Source of the DNA: a virus
Lineage: Duplodnaviria > Caudoviricetes
Strand: one strand, 5' to 3'
IMG/VR virus record: IMGVR_UViG_3300029226_000043
Span: 1-27,991 of that record
DNA: 27,991 nt
Below, in pieces: positions 16,466-26,300 of the stretch. Positions within the stretch are counted from its first letter, which is position 1. The number at the start of each line of letters is the position of its first letter. Position numbers and translations under genes: made by a program. The notes under the pieces were generated by a model. It did no database searches, had not been told where the DNA came from, and worked only from the letters and a program-made list of their open reading frames with translations.

Positions 16466-17019
16466 CCAGAACTTCGGAGCCGGCAGTTGAGCCAGTTTCG
16501 TTAACAGAATTAAAAGATCACTTGCGAATAGAGACAGCAGATGATGACACTTATTTAAATCAACTTATAACGGTCGCCCGCGCAAGTTGCGAGACTTATA
16601 CATCACGATCACTCATAACACAAGAGTGGACGATGCTTATGACAAACTATCCAGCCAAACAGTACATTCCGCTCGGATACGGGCCGATCCAATCAATAAC
16701 GTCAATAACATCGTACTTGGCGGATGGCACCACAGAGGTTATGGATAACACAACGTACTATTTAACCGACACTAATATGAATGGCAAAGCGGCACTAAAT
16801 TATAACGAATCCTGGGATTCATACACTATGCGCCCAATCAATAACGTTGAGGTTGTATTTGTCGGTGGTTATGGACTTACAGGGGCAGAGGTGCCAGCAC
16901 CATTGCGTCAAGGAATCATAGCTTATGCGGCGTATATGTATGAGTGCAATGATACAGAATCCGAGATGCCGGATGTAGTTAAATCGTTATGGTCACCATA
17001 CAGAATTATAGTGTTGTAA
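16456..17019 (+). CDS. Head-tail connector (gp6/phiE125 gp8-like adaptor)
   Basis: PAVEPVSLTELKDHLRI...DDTYL...E.YT.RSLITQ and VPAPLRQGI...YE. Confidence 0.92.
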   Translation: MQITRTSEPAVEPVSLTELKDHLRIETADDDTYLNQLITVARASCETYTSRSLITQEWTMLMTNYPAKQYIPLGYGPIQSITSITSYLADGTTEVMDNTTYYLTDTNMNGKAALNYNESWDSYTMRPINNVEVVFVGGYGLTGAEVPAPLRQGIIAYAAYMYECNDTESEMPDVVKSLWSPYRIIVL

Positions 17020-17022
17020 ATT

Positions 17023-17361
17023 ATGAAAAAGTGTATTAAATCAAGAGACTTAAATAGCAGAATAACATTCGAGAATGAAGTTAAAGTTAGTGATGGCATC
17101 GGTGGCAGCACAACAAGCTGGGCACTGTATGCTAATAGATGGGCGAAAGTTGTAGCTGTTAGCGGATCACAGAAGTGGCGCGCAGATAGACTCGAAACAA
17201 ACGTTAGTCATCTCATTACAATACGTTATGACGCTGCTGTACACGACGAGATGCGAATAGTGTTTGACAGCCGAGAGTTTTCGATCATTTATATAATTAA
17301 CAAGGATGAAGGCCAGAAAAGATATATGGAGATTCATTGCGTTGAAGGCGGCGTTCAATGA
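17023..17361 (+). CDS. Head closure/stopper protein (SPP1 gp16-like)
   Basis: LNSRITF...DGIGG...W...WAKV...ITIRY...MRI pattern, in the expected position. Confidence 0.9.
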   Translation: MKKCIKSRDLNSRITFENEVKVSDGIGGSTTSWALYANRWAKVVAVSGSQKWRADRLETNVSHLITIRYDAAVHDEMRIVFDSREFSIIYIINKDEGQKRYMEIHCVEGGVQ

Positions 17362-17798
17362 GTGTAACCATAACCGGCATTAAAAAGCTCGAAAGAAAGC
17401 TAAAGAAGTTAGTTAAAGATTCAGAACAAGAATTGATCACTGCGTTAACTACGTCAGCATTGGTTGTAGAGGGTGCCGCAAAGACAAAGATTCAACGTGG
17501 CGTAGCAACTGGCCGCGTCTACACAAGAAACGGTGTCACTCATCAAGCTTCGGCGCCAGGACAACCGCCCGCAACAGATACTGGTGCGTTAGCATCATCT
17601 ATTACACATAACGTTGACAAACAGCAGATGACAGCAGAGATAGGGTCGAACCTCGTATACGCAACACACCTCGAATTTGGCACAATCAATATGCAAGCAA
17701 GGCCATTTATGACACCGGCCTATCAAGAGAGCAAGGCTAAAATAGCCAAGGAATTTAAAAAGGCGATCAACGACGCTATAAAGAAAGGAATTAAATAA
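17358..17798 (+). CDS. HK97 gp10-like neck/tail component
   Basis: SAPGQPPATDTGALASSI and YATHLEFGT..M.ARPFM.PA. Confidence 0.9.
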   Translation: MSVTITGIKKLERKLKKLVKDSEQELITALTTSALVVEGAAKTKIQRGVATGRVYTRNGVTHQASAPGQPPATDTGALASSITHNVDKQQMTAEIGSNLVYATHLEFGTINMQARPFMTPAYQESKAKIAKEFKKAINDAIKKGIK

Positions 17799-18196
17799 TG
17801 GACGCACAACTCGCAGTACAGACAGGAATATATTCAGCACTAACAGGTGACGCCCCGCTTATGGCTCTCGTAACTGGCATATACGACATAGTGCCAGAAA
17901 AACAAGTATTCCCCTTCATAACTATAGGGGAGATGACACAGGTAGATGATAGCACAGCATCAGTCAGCGGAATGGATTTAACACTTATGATTCATATTTG
18001 GGATCAGGACTTGAGTCGCTATAAATTAAAAGAGATAGCCGGTGAGATTTATCGTGTATTACACAATCAAAACTGGGCAATAGCAGGAATGAATTTAGTC
18101 AATTGCAGGTTCGAATTTAGTGACGTACTGGGTGATCCAGATGGCAGAACGCAGCACTGCTTACAACGTTTTAGGATCATAACAGATCAAGTATAG
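17798..18196 (+). CDS. Tail terminator (DUF3168-like)
   Basis: Q.GIYSAL.GD..L.ALV.GIYD.VP...FPFITIG pattern, immediately before the tail tube gene. Confidence 0.88.
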   Translation: MDAQLAVQTGIYSALTGDAPLMALVTGIYDIVPEKQVFPFITIGEMTQVDDSTASVSGMDLTLMIHIWDQDLSRYKLKEIAGEIYRVLHNQNWAIAGMNLVNCRFEFSDVLGDPDGRTQHCLQRFRIITDQV

Positions 18197-18197
18197 T

Positions 18198-18205
18198 CAT
18201 AAATA
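18198..18205 (+). promoter_or_regulatory. T4-late-like promoter motif CATAAATA
   Basis: TAGTCATAAATAAC is identical to the portal-gene site. Heads the major tail gene leader. Confidence 0.75.
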
Positions 18206-18276
18206 ACGTTACAAACTACTTAGGCAACTAAGTCACTTAGTCAGACTAAGTAAACAAATATATAAGGAAGAAAATT

Positions 18277-18690
18277 ATGGCAGCACAAAAAGGATCATTA
18301 TTCTTAGTCGGCATCGGTGATGGCGGCGGACCAGAAGCATTTACAAACATCGGTTCAGCCCGGTCAACATCAATGAGTCTCAACAACGAGACAGTTGACG
18401 TTACAGCTAAAGACAGCAGCGGATGGCGTGAGCTATTGGCAGGCGCAGGTGTTACATCTATGAGCATCTCGCTCAGTGGCGTATTTAAAGATTCGGCTGG
18501 TGAAGAAGCAGTTCGGTTAGCAGCATTTAACAGCTCTATCGACAACTGGGAACTATCTTCAGGCAATGGTGACACATTCCTCGGCGCATTCCAAATTACA
18601 TCATACGAACGTACTGGCGAATATAACGGCGAAGAAACTTTTAGTGTTTCACTCGAAAGTGCAGGCGTTGTTGTAGCTACATTAGCATAA
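18277..18690 (+). CDS. Major tail tube protein (TP901-1/GTA-like)
   Basis: MAAQKG...LNNETVDVT.KDS.GWRELLAGAGV.S.S.SGVF...GAFQITS.E..GEYNGE.TFS.SLESAG. Confidence 0.95.
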   Translation: MAAQKGSLFLVGIGDGGGPEAFTNIGSARSTSMSLNNETVDVTAKDSSGWRELLAGAGVTSMSISLSGVFKDSAGEEAVRLAAFNSSIDNWELSSGNGDTFLGAFQITSYERTGEYNGEETFSVSLESAGVVVATLA

Positions 18691-18697
18691 GTGATTT

Positions 18698-18726
18698 GAC
18701 AGCAGCGGTTATTGATCGCTGCTGTC
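18698..18726 (+). terminator. 10-bp hairpin after the major tail gene (weak terminator or mRNA stabiliser)
   Basis: GACAGCAGCG pairs with CGCTGCTGTC. The T-tract is poor. Confidence 0.5.
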
Positions 18727-18739
18727 GTTGAGAGGAATT

Positions 18740-19096
18740 ATGAATAAATTTAGGAATGAAGTACAACACGATTTAAATGATAATACGTATAAGCTACGTG
18801 GTACATTTGACGTACTTGTAAAGCTCGAAACTGAGCTTGGGATGAGCGTGCCGATGATGGTAGAGTCATTAGCAACTGTCGGGCTTACACTATCTCAGTC
18901 GGCAGCTATATTAAAATATGGGCTTATTGGCTCAGGCAGCAATAAAGAGATTGAGGTTATAAAGGAAGATATAATGGAAGGTGGCGTTACACGAGCCGCA
19001 TACGTTTGTTCCGAATTTCTGTCTTCAGTACTTTGGGGTGGCAACGCCCAGGCTAAAAAAAAGATAGCAATGAAGAAGATGAACCAAAAGGCATAA
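18740..19096 (+). CDS. Tail assembly chaperone (gpG-like)
   Basis: ATG 18740 follows SD GAGAGG. Lies between tail tube and TMP, with a YKLR.TF..L..LE.ELG pattern. Confidence 0.85.
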   Translation: MNKFRNEVQHDLNDNTYKLRGTFDVLVKLETELGMSVPMMVESLATVGLTLSQSAAILKYGLIGSGSNKEIEVIKEDIMEGGVTRAAYVCSEFLSSVLWGGNAQAKKKIAMKKMNQKA

Positions 19097-19326
19097 CCGA
19101 TTATATTCCGAACCTTATTGGATTTGCAATCGGCGTACTTCATCTACCACCAGAAGTGTTCTGGAATATGACGGTTGCGGAATGGAACCTTTCATACGAA
19201 TATATAAATCCAGACACCGAACTTAACTCAGATACAACGGATCAATTTATTCCGTTTAGCAAAGAGGAACAGGAAGTGCTTGACAATATTCAGGAAGATA
19301 TATGGCAAAGGCAATACAAGAAGTAG
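18740..19326 (+). CDS. Tail assembly chaperone gpGT-like, via -1 frameshift at 19057-19063
   Basis: Slippery A AAA AAG. The -1 frame is open to TAG 19326 and encodes IGVLHLPPEVFWNMTVAEW, a typical GT-segment motif. Confidence 0.85.
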
Positions 19327-21221
19327 TTGTTAAATTAGTCGCAGACACCAAAGGGCTAAATCAGGGGTTAACCAAAGCCACTCGGACAACTAAAAACTTC
19401 GGTAAAAAAGCTGCGAACGACATGCAGTACTTCAAGAAGAGCATCATAAGCGCAAAGGCTGCTCTCATTGGATCAGCTGGCATAGTTATAGCACTTGGAT
19501 TAGCCGCAACTAAATTCGCAGCAATGGGCGCTGCCGCAATAATGGCTGGTGATGAGATAGGTAAAATGTCCAGCAAATTGGGCATCACCGCAGAAGAACT
19601 TCAGGAATACCAGATCGTTGCAGACGCAGCAGGTGTCTCGACAGAAACATTCAATATGGCCTTCCAGAGATTTACACGCCGAGTAGGTGAAGTAAAGAAT
19701 GGTACAGGCGAACTAAAGACTACTTTCGAAGCACTTGATATTTCTGTCAGAGATGCAAACGGCAACTTCAGATCAACAACAGACTTATTCAGAGAGTTTG
19801 GCACAAAGATAGCCGACGTTGATGACGTGTCGCAACAATTAGCATTCACTATGAAAGGCATGGATAGTGAAGGTGTTGCGTTGATCAATATGTTTAAGCT
19901 CTCTATCAAGGAACAAGATGAGTTGATAGCCAAAGCGAAAGAATATGGTGCTGTCATCTCAAATGAAGTTATTGCGAGTATGGAAGAATACTCGACCGAA
20001 CTTGGATTGATAAACAAAGGTACGAAAGCACTGTCTCTTGAGACAGACGCAGCACTTGCAGGATGGACACTTAAATGGGCATCACTTAAAAATGAGGCAA
20101 TTAAATATTTTAACGTGTTAGCAGTTGGGATGGGCGCAGACAATAATATTAAAACCGCAACTCATAAACTTAAACTACTGGAAGATCAATTACAGAACCT
20201 TAAAGATAAAGCCGATGATGAATCGTGGCTGAGTAGTATGACTGGGTTTGGCGCGAGCCAGATGAAGCGTATGACCGCGTCGGTAGCAGATGCAAGACTA
20301 GAGCTAGAGTTATTACAAGCGGTTGCAGAAGAGACAGCCAATAACAAGCAAGTCGATCCAGAGGCGCCATCTGCAACTAAACCCCAACTGGATGCCACGG
20401 CAACGCTTACGTATTATGAGAAGTTGGAGCAGGCAGCAAGAGATTATACAGCCGAAGTTGAGAACGCTTGGGAAGCAACAGAGCAGGCTGATATAGCATT
20501 CCAGAATGGCACAATAACAGCAGAAGAGTACGCACGTATACAAGAAGATATTAACAAAGTATTGCTGGAAAACGTAGAGGCTACTGACGCACTTGCTGAA
20601 TCAACAACTGAAGTAGCTGCTGTAACTCGCACCGCATCACAGACAATGGCCGACAACTGGATGGATTCAACGGCACGTATGGATGATGCATTTGCAAGCG
20701 CAATGAGCAATTCAGCAGACGCACTTACAGACTTTGTAATGACAGGCAAGTTGAGCTTTGCGGATTTAGCAAACTCTATCATAGCAGACTTAATACGGAT
20801 ACAGATACGTCAACAGATAGTCGGAATGTTAGGTGCCGGGCTCGGCAACATCAGTACAGCATCACAGTTCGGAACCAATGTTGGGTCGCAGCAAACATCA
20901 ATGATACAGGCACAGAACGCAGGGTTTGCGGGTGGTGGACGAGTCCAGCCTCATAGCTTACAGATGGTCGGCGAACGCGGGCCAGAGTTATTGCGAATGG
21001 GCGCATCCGGTGGCAGTGTCGTTAACAACAGTGACGCATCGGGCAGTGGCAGTATTCCAGTTACAGTGAGTATAAAGAATGAAGGCACAGCACAAACACC
21101 ATCATCCGCAACAGCATCTATGAAACCAGATGGGTTAGTTGTAGAGGTTGTACTGAATGACTTGCGACGTGATGGTCCAATCTCACAAGGGATGAAAAAG
21201 ACATTTAGAGTGTCTCGATAA
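19302..21221 (+). CDS. Tape measure protein (639 aa)
   Basis: VVKLVADT N-terminus, Ala-rich helical body, FVMTGKLSFADLANSII and FAGGGRV...VGERGPEL. Confidence 0.95.
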   Translation: MAKAIQEVVVKLVADTKGLNQGLTKATRTTKNFGKKAANDMQYFKKSIISAKAALIGSAGIVIALGLAATKFAAMGAAAIMAGDEIGKMSSKLGITAEELQEYQIVADAAGVSTETFNMAFQRFTRRVGEVKNGTGELKTTFEALDISVRDANGNFRSTTDLFREFGTKIADVDDVSQQLAFTMKGMDSEGVALINMFKLSIKEQDELIAKAKEYGAVISNEVIASMEEYSTELGLINKGTKALSLETDAALAGWTLKWASLKNEAIKYFNVLAVGMGADNNIKTATHKLKLLEDQLQNLKDKADDESWLSSMTGFGASQMKRMTASVADARLELELLQAVAEETANNKQVDPEAPSATKPQLDATATLTYYEKLEQAARDYTAEVENAWEATEQADIAFQNGTITAEEYARIQEDINKVLLENVEATDALAESTTEVAAVTRTASQTMADNWMDSTARMDDAFASAMSNSADALTDFVMTGKLSFADLANSIIADLIRIQIRQQIVGMLGAGLGNISTASQFGTNVGSQQTSMIQAQNAGFAGGGRVQPHSLQMVGERGPELLRMGASGGSVVNNSDASGSGSIPVTVSIKNEGTAQTPSSATASMKPDGLVVEVVLNDLRRDGPISQGMKKTFRVSR

Positions 21222-21224
21222 ATA
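21217..21224 (+). promoter_or_regulatory. T4-late-like promoter motif GATAAATA
   Basis: Overlaps the TMP stop, 5 nt before ATG 21230, which has no SD. Confidence 0.7.
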
Positions 21225-21229
21225 ATATT

Positions 21230-21586
21230 ATGGCTATCACATCCTTTCAGTTCACAAAGATCCTTACAGGCGCTTATACACAAACACCAGTTGACGCAAC
21301 TCGTCGCACAGAGATGAGTGATGGTGTCGCTAAGCAAGCTACACGATTTAACAAATCATATATAAATCATAAAATGAGTTATTTAATGACTGCTGCTGAG
21401 TTTGCGTCATTTAAAACGTGGTGGACTGGGTCAAGTGGTTATGGCGCATTAGCATTTAACTTTGCGAACCCAACGACAAATACAACCGTAGATGGTCGCA
21501 TTCCAGATGGCTTATATACAGCAACACCAAACGACAGTGAATGGTTGTATTGGGTCGTGGATATTACAGTCGAGACTTTGGAATGA
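21230..21586 (+). CDS. Distal tail protein (lambda gpM-like)
   Basis: RTEMSDG.AKQ.TRF...F..WW...GA..FNF.NP pattern; first gene after TMP. Confidence 0.75.
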   Translation: MAITSFQFTKILTGAYTQTPVDATRRTEMSDGVAKQATRFNKSYINHKMSYLMTAAEFASFKTWWTGSSGYGALAFNFANPTTNTTVDGRIPDGLYTATPNDSEWLYWVVDITVETLE

Positions 21587-22209
21587 GCGTTACGACATTT
21601 ATATATGCGCTATATGATCCGCGCGACCCAGAGCAATACAGATACATCGGCAAAGCAAACGATCCTGATGATCGGCTTAAAACCGGGCACTTACGGGGAA
21701 CAAAAGCAGTAACATACAAATCGAACTGGATTAAAAAGTTATTAAGGGAAGATGCTATACCAGAAGTAATTATTGTAGCTGAAGTACTTACATGCGAATG
21801 GCAGAACGCAGAAACACATTTTATAGCTCTGTACAAAAGACTCGGGCATAAGTTAACAAACTCAACAGACGGTGGTGAAGGTGCCGGCAGTTTTATGTTA
21901 GCTGAAACAAAACGTAAGATTGGCGAAGCAAATAAAGGTAAAAAGCATTTACCACGCTCAGAAGAAACCCGAGCGAAGATGAGTGCATCTCATAAAGGCC
22001 GCAAACACACTGAAGAGGCAAAACGTAAGATTGGCGAATACAATAAAGGTAAAAAAAGGCAACCAAAAACAGAAGAAATGAAACGTAGATTAAGTAAAGC
22101 ACTTAAAGGAAAGAAAATACCAACAGTAACTTGCCCGCATTGTAGCAAGACAGGCGGCGGTGGATCAATGCAACGCTGGCACTTTGATAATTGCAAGGAG
22201 GCATTATAA
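21583..22209 (+). CDS. Free-standing GIY-YIG homing endonuclease with NUMOD3 repeats
   Basis: FIYAL.DPR...RYIGK, E..FI...LTN.TDGGEG, repeats SEETRAKMS.SHKG.KH, and terminal CPHC...RWHFDNC. Start at the ATGA overlap. Confidence 0.9.
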   Translation: MSVTTFIYALYDPRDPEQYRYIGKANDPDDRLKTGHLRGTKAVTYKSNWIKKLLREDAIPEVIIVAEVLTCEWQNAETHFIALYKRLGHKLTNSTDGGEGAGSFMLAETKRKIGEANKGKKHLPRSEETRAKMSASHKGRKHTEEAKRKIGEYNKGKKRQPKTEEMKRRLSKALKGKKIPTVTCPHCSKTGGGGSMQRWHFDNCKEAL

Positions 22210-22680
22210 ATGCCATATACAGAAAACTTTAAAGAAACAGTCAACGCAGTCAACGCAATTGAAGTGCCGCTGGCTCTATTAGAGATTAACCATCCTGGGT
22301 TAACCTCACCGGTCCGTGTTGTAAATGACAATGATGATTTAACTCATAACGGAAATTTATTCCAGGCCTTTGGGTTTGAGATTGATAAACCCAACCAACC
22401 AGAGTCCGGACAACCAGAAGCTAAAATAGTGATGGATAACGTCGGCAAAGACTTAATGGAATGGCTTGAGGTTAGTTCGGGCGGCAGTGGCGCTACAGCA
22501 ACCATAAAACAAGTACTTCGATCAACCCCGAATGTTGTTGAATACGAAATACAGATGGTACTAACAAATATAACCGCAACAACTTCAAAGATTACAGCAA
22601 GACTATCATTTCCAGATGTTTACAACAGAAACGGAATGCCAACAACTTACAATAAATCAACTGCTATCGGCCTCTTTTAG
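22210..22680 (+). CDS. Minor tail protein (DUF1833 / gpL-like)
   Basis: LLEINHP.L..PVRVVND..DL...G..F.AFGF...P...I.MDNV pattern, in the expected position. Confidence 0.85.
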   Translation: MPYTENFKETVNAVNAIEVPLALLEINHPGLTSPVRVVNDNDDLTHNGNLFQAFGFEIDKPNQPESGQPEAKIVMDNVGKDLMEWLEVSSGGSGATATIKQVLRSTPNVVEYEIQMVLTNITATTSKITARLSFPDVYNRNGMPTTYNKSTAIGLF

Positions 22681-23090
22681 TGGCGCACTGGACGGATACG
22701 TACGTAGGGCGGCCCTACATAGTTGACGAATATGATTGCGGTCATTTAGCAGAAGACGTACTTAATGAATTTAACGACGAGCAAGTTACACTGCCAAGTC
22801 GCTCATCATTTAATGTTAAATCACTCAGCAAAGACATAGCAGATCAGAAAGAAACTTATTGCGACCCCATCACTGATGCGGTAGATGGCGATATAGCGTT
22901 AATGAAGTGCAGGGGTCTTTATCACATCGGCATTTATTTTAGCATCAGTACAAAGCAATACGTATTACACAATATGAAGAACGTTGGATCGGTCGTGATC
23001 CATAACCTTAGAGATTTACCAAAATACGGAATGACGCTCGAGGGCTTATACCGGTACAGGCCGCATAACCTCAGAAGAAACACGGCGTAA
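22680..23090 (+). CDS. NlpC/P60 tail tip peptidase (gpK-like)
   Basis: YVGRPY...YDC, GDIALM, HIGIY and VLH catalytic pattern. GTG start overlaps the previous stop. Confidence 0.88.
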   Translation: MAHWTDTYVGRPYIVDEYDCGHLAEDVLNEFNDEQVTLPSRSSFNVKSLSKDIADQKETYCDPITDAVDGDIALMKCRGLYHIGIYFSISTKQYVLHNMKNVGSVVIHNLRDLPKYGMTLEGLYRYRPHNLRRNTA

Positions 23091-23280
23091 ACTTAGTGAA
23101 GCTCACAAAGGCAAGAAACACACAGAAGAAACTAAACGGAAGATCAGTGAAGCGGGCAAACGCAGAAAGCCAATAAGCGAAGAAACACGAGCCAAGATAA
23201 GTAAGGCAGGAAAAGGCAAGAACAAAGGTAAAACATGGAAACTCGTTGATGGTAAACGTGTCTGGTTGCGTCAGTCATAA
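23035..23280 (+). pseudogene. NUMOD3-repeat remnant of a homing endonuclease (no start codon, no nuclease domain)
   Basis: The frame reads ...[70 protein letters not shown]. An in-frame TGA lies at 23032-23034. Confidence 0.75.
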
Positions 23281-23283
23281 ATA
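23276..23283 (+). promoter_or_regulatory. T4-late-like promoter motif CATAAATA
   Basis: AGTCATAAATA, third copy of this 11-mer, upstream of SD AAGGA and ATG 23302. Confidence 0.75.
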
Positions 23284-23301
23284 CTTAAAAGGAATTAATT
23301 T

Positions 23302-26300
23302 ATGGCCCAAGCCTCGTTTTCACCACATCCACTACTGCCAAAGAAAGATCAACGACACGTTGAATTTGAGATTCAAACTGGCGATTCATTACAAGACGTA
23401 CTGGATAAATCCGGACTGGATATAGTCGGCGAACCTCGTATTTGGGTCAACGGGTTTGAAGAGAAGAACTTCAAACGTGTCATGGCTGTCAATGACGTAC
23501 TGAATATAAAAGCAGACGTACAAGGTGGTGATGGATCGAACCCAGTTGCGATTGTAGCAATGATTGCGCTTATATACTTTACTGGCGGGATAGGGGCTGC
23601 TGCGTTCGGGGCGGGTACATTCGGTGCGGGAGCGGTCAATATGGCAATAATGGTCGTCGGATCATTATTGATCAATAAGTTATTTCCACCAGACACCCCA
23701 TCATTTGAAGACAGCCCATCACCGACTTATTCATTAACAGGTGGGCGAAATTCAATACGTATTGACCAGCCAATTCCAATTATATGTGGCACGCATAAGT
23801 ACATTCCAGATTTGGGAGCAAGACCATACGCGACTTATGAAGGTGAAGATCAATACTTATACCAAGTATTCCACTTCGGAATGAACCCGGATATTGACAT
23901 ACTGAATTTGAAGATTGGCGAAGACGTACTTGGAAACTATCAGGATGTTACAACACCTGATATTAGTCCGGGGTCTACAGGCACACTAACGTTATTTCCG
24001 GGCAATGTTGATTCAATCGCAGGGTCAGAGATTACAGTCGCAGGCGGGTCAACAATCCGCACGTCAGCAATAGACACAACACAATTACAGCTTGATTTTG
24101 AAGCACTGTTAGTCGCATATAACTCGAAAGGTCGTGCTCGGCCAATGACGGTAGAGTTTAACATTGAATACAGAAATGTAAATGATGTTGATTGGCTTCC
24201 GTTCCAACCATCATACCAAAAGTTAGTTCGCGAGGCGTATTCAGATCAGTTTACTAGTTACCCGGCGGTTTACGCACCGTCAACCGCAGCAGTACTTACA
24301 AACAACTCTCGTAAGCCAGTTCGCAAAACGTATTCGAAACCAGTAGTACAAGGTCAGTATGAAGTACGTGTTACACGGATAACACAAGAGTCTGCAGACA
24401 CATCGGCTGCTGACGATTTAACTTGGACAGCATTGCGTTCATACCAACCAGACACGTCAGATTACACTGGCCAAAAACGAATGGGTTTGAAGATACGATC
24501 CACAGCACAATTTAACGGTGCAGTCGATCAACTATCCGCAACAGTTAGTGCTAAATGTTTAGTATTTAATGGCAGTACTTGGAGCATAGAGGCGACCAGC
24601 AATCCAGCGTGGTGGTACTTATACTTCGCAAGGGGTCGTTATGCCGCAGATGGTCGTCTCGAGTTTGGTGGTGGGTTTGCGGATAATGAAATTGACATTG
24701 AAGGAATTAAAGATTGGGCTGTATGGTGCGATGCCAAAGATCTACAATTTAACTATGTTTTTGACAGACGGATGGTTGTTGCGGATATATTAAATACTAT
24801 CGCAAGAGCGGGTCGTGGTGCCATCTCATACCATACTGGATCATTGAGTGTTATATACGATCAAGGCAGCCAACCGATTACACAAGTATTCGGAATGAGC
24901 AATATTAAAGCAGACTCATTCCAGGTCTCATACATAAGTGAAGAACTTGCGGATGAGATTATACTCGAATTTCGAAATAGAGACCTTGACTATCAGTTGG
25001 ATGAAGTGCGAGTTACAATACCGGGTGTCGCTATTCCGACCAACCCACAGAAGACAAGAATTAAAGGTGTAACAAATAAAATACAAGCAGGTAAAGAAGC
25101 AAATTTAATTGCGTCAGAACAAGTATTCCGTAGACGTAGAGTTAGCTTCGATACTGATGTTGAAGGGTTGATGGTCAATAAGGGTGACATTATAGTAGTC
25201 GGGCACGATTTAACTAACTGGGCGAAGACCGGGCGGCTATCAAATGATGGGTCGCAGTCAACAACCCAAATAACACTCGATAGAGAGTTGACGTTTGACA
25301 ATGGTTCAGGCACAGCATACTACATAGGCGTGCGTCATCCGAATGGTGACTATGAAGTAGTACAAGCTCAGTATAACGCAAATGCGTCGAATACTATAAC
25401 GCTATTACAATCACTTAGCACCAACCCGAGTAGTTATCCGAACAACGAAACACAAGATGCTATATGGCAGTTTGAACCAGATGCTACACCCGGTAAAAAG
25501 CTAAAGGTTATTGACATACAAATAGTCGGCAGTGATATGAGTGAGGTTAGCATCACAGCAGTTGATGAAGATGATGCGTATTATTTAACAGAGGATGGTT
25601 CATACGTGTATGACACCTCTGCGTTATTTAACACTGATGTAGCTCAGGCAACGAACTTGCGGTTTTATGAAAACATAAATGATTCAAGTGGGCAGGCAGT
25701 ACTTGGGTTCACATGGGATTTATCAAACAACGCAAATGGTGCGAGATTACAAATTACAAAGAATGGTGGTGACACCATTGACTATGGTGTTGTGTATGGG
25801 CTGTCGTATGAAATAGCAGTACAGGCAAAAGACACTTATACAATTAAATTATTAGCAGTGCCGATAGATCCGAAGCGTACAACATCAGTCGCGTTAGTTG
25901 ACACTTATACAGTACTAGGCATCTACCTCGACCAAGTGCTATTACCAGCAATGGAAGATGTTACAGGACTTGAATTATTTAACGGTACAAACGCAACAGA
26001 ATACACAGGTAATGTAGCCAAATTCGTATGGCGGGTAAGCAACGTTCAGTATGATGCTTGGGATATAAACACATTCGCAGATGAAGGGGCAGAAGGCGCA
26101 GACTTTAAAGACTATCAGGTACAAATACTAAATGATGATCTATCGGTTCGTCGTACAGAATATATTGTATACAACAATTATGAGTATTCAGTAGAGAAGA
26201 ATATTGAAGATGGTGGCGGAACAGCAACGCGTGACTTTACAATTGAAGTTAAGCGCCGAGGCATACAAGGTCAACTATCGTTAAATCCTGCGAAGTTAAC

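Noticed and set aside
17791-17797. TTAAATA before ATG 17798 as another late promoter
   Set aside because: It lies between SD and ATG and includes the upstream stop codon. TTAAATA also occurs mid-gene, so it is not diagnostic.
6949-19096. Gene transfer agent cluster
   Set aside because: TerL, tail tube and chaperone look GTA-like, but the MuF gene, 639-aa TMP, lambda-like tail tip, homing endonuclease, polymerase-like gene and absence of host flanks indicate a phage.
21541-22209. Group I intron around the endonuclease
   Set aside because: The flanking genes are intact separate ORFs and there is no non-coding space for an intron core.
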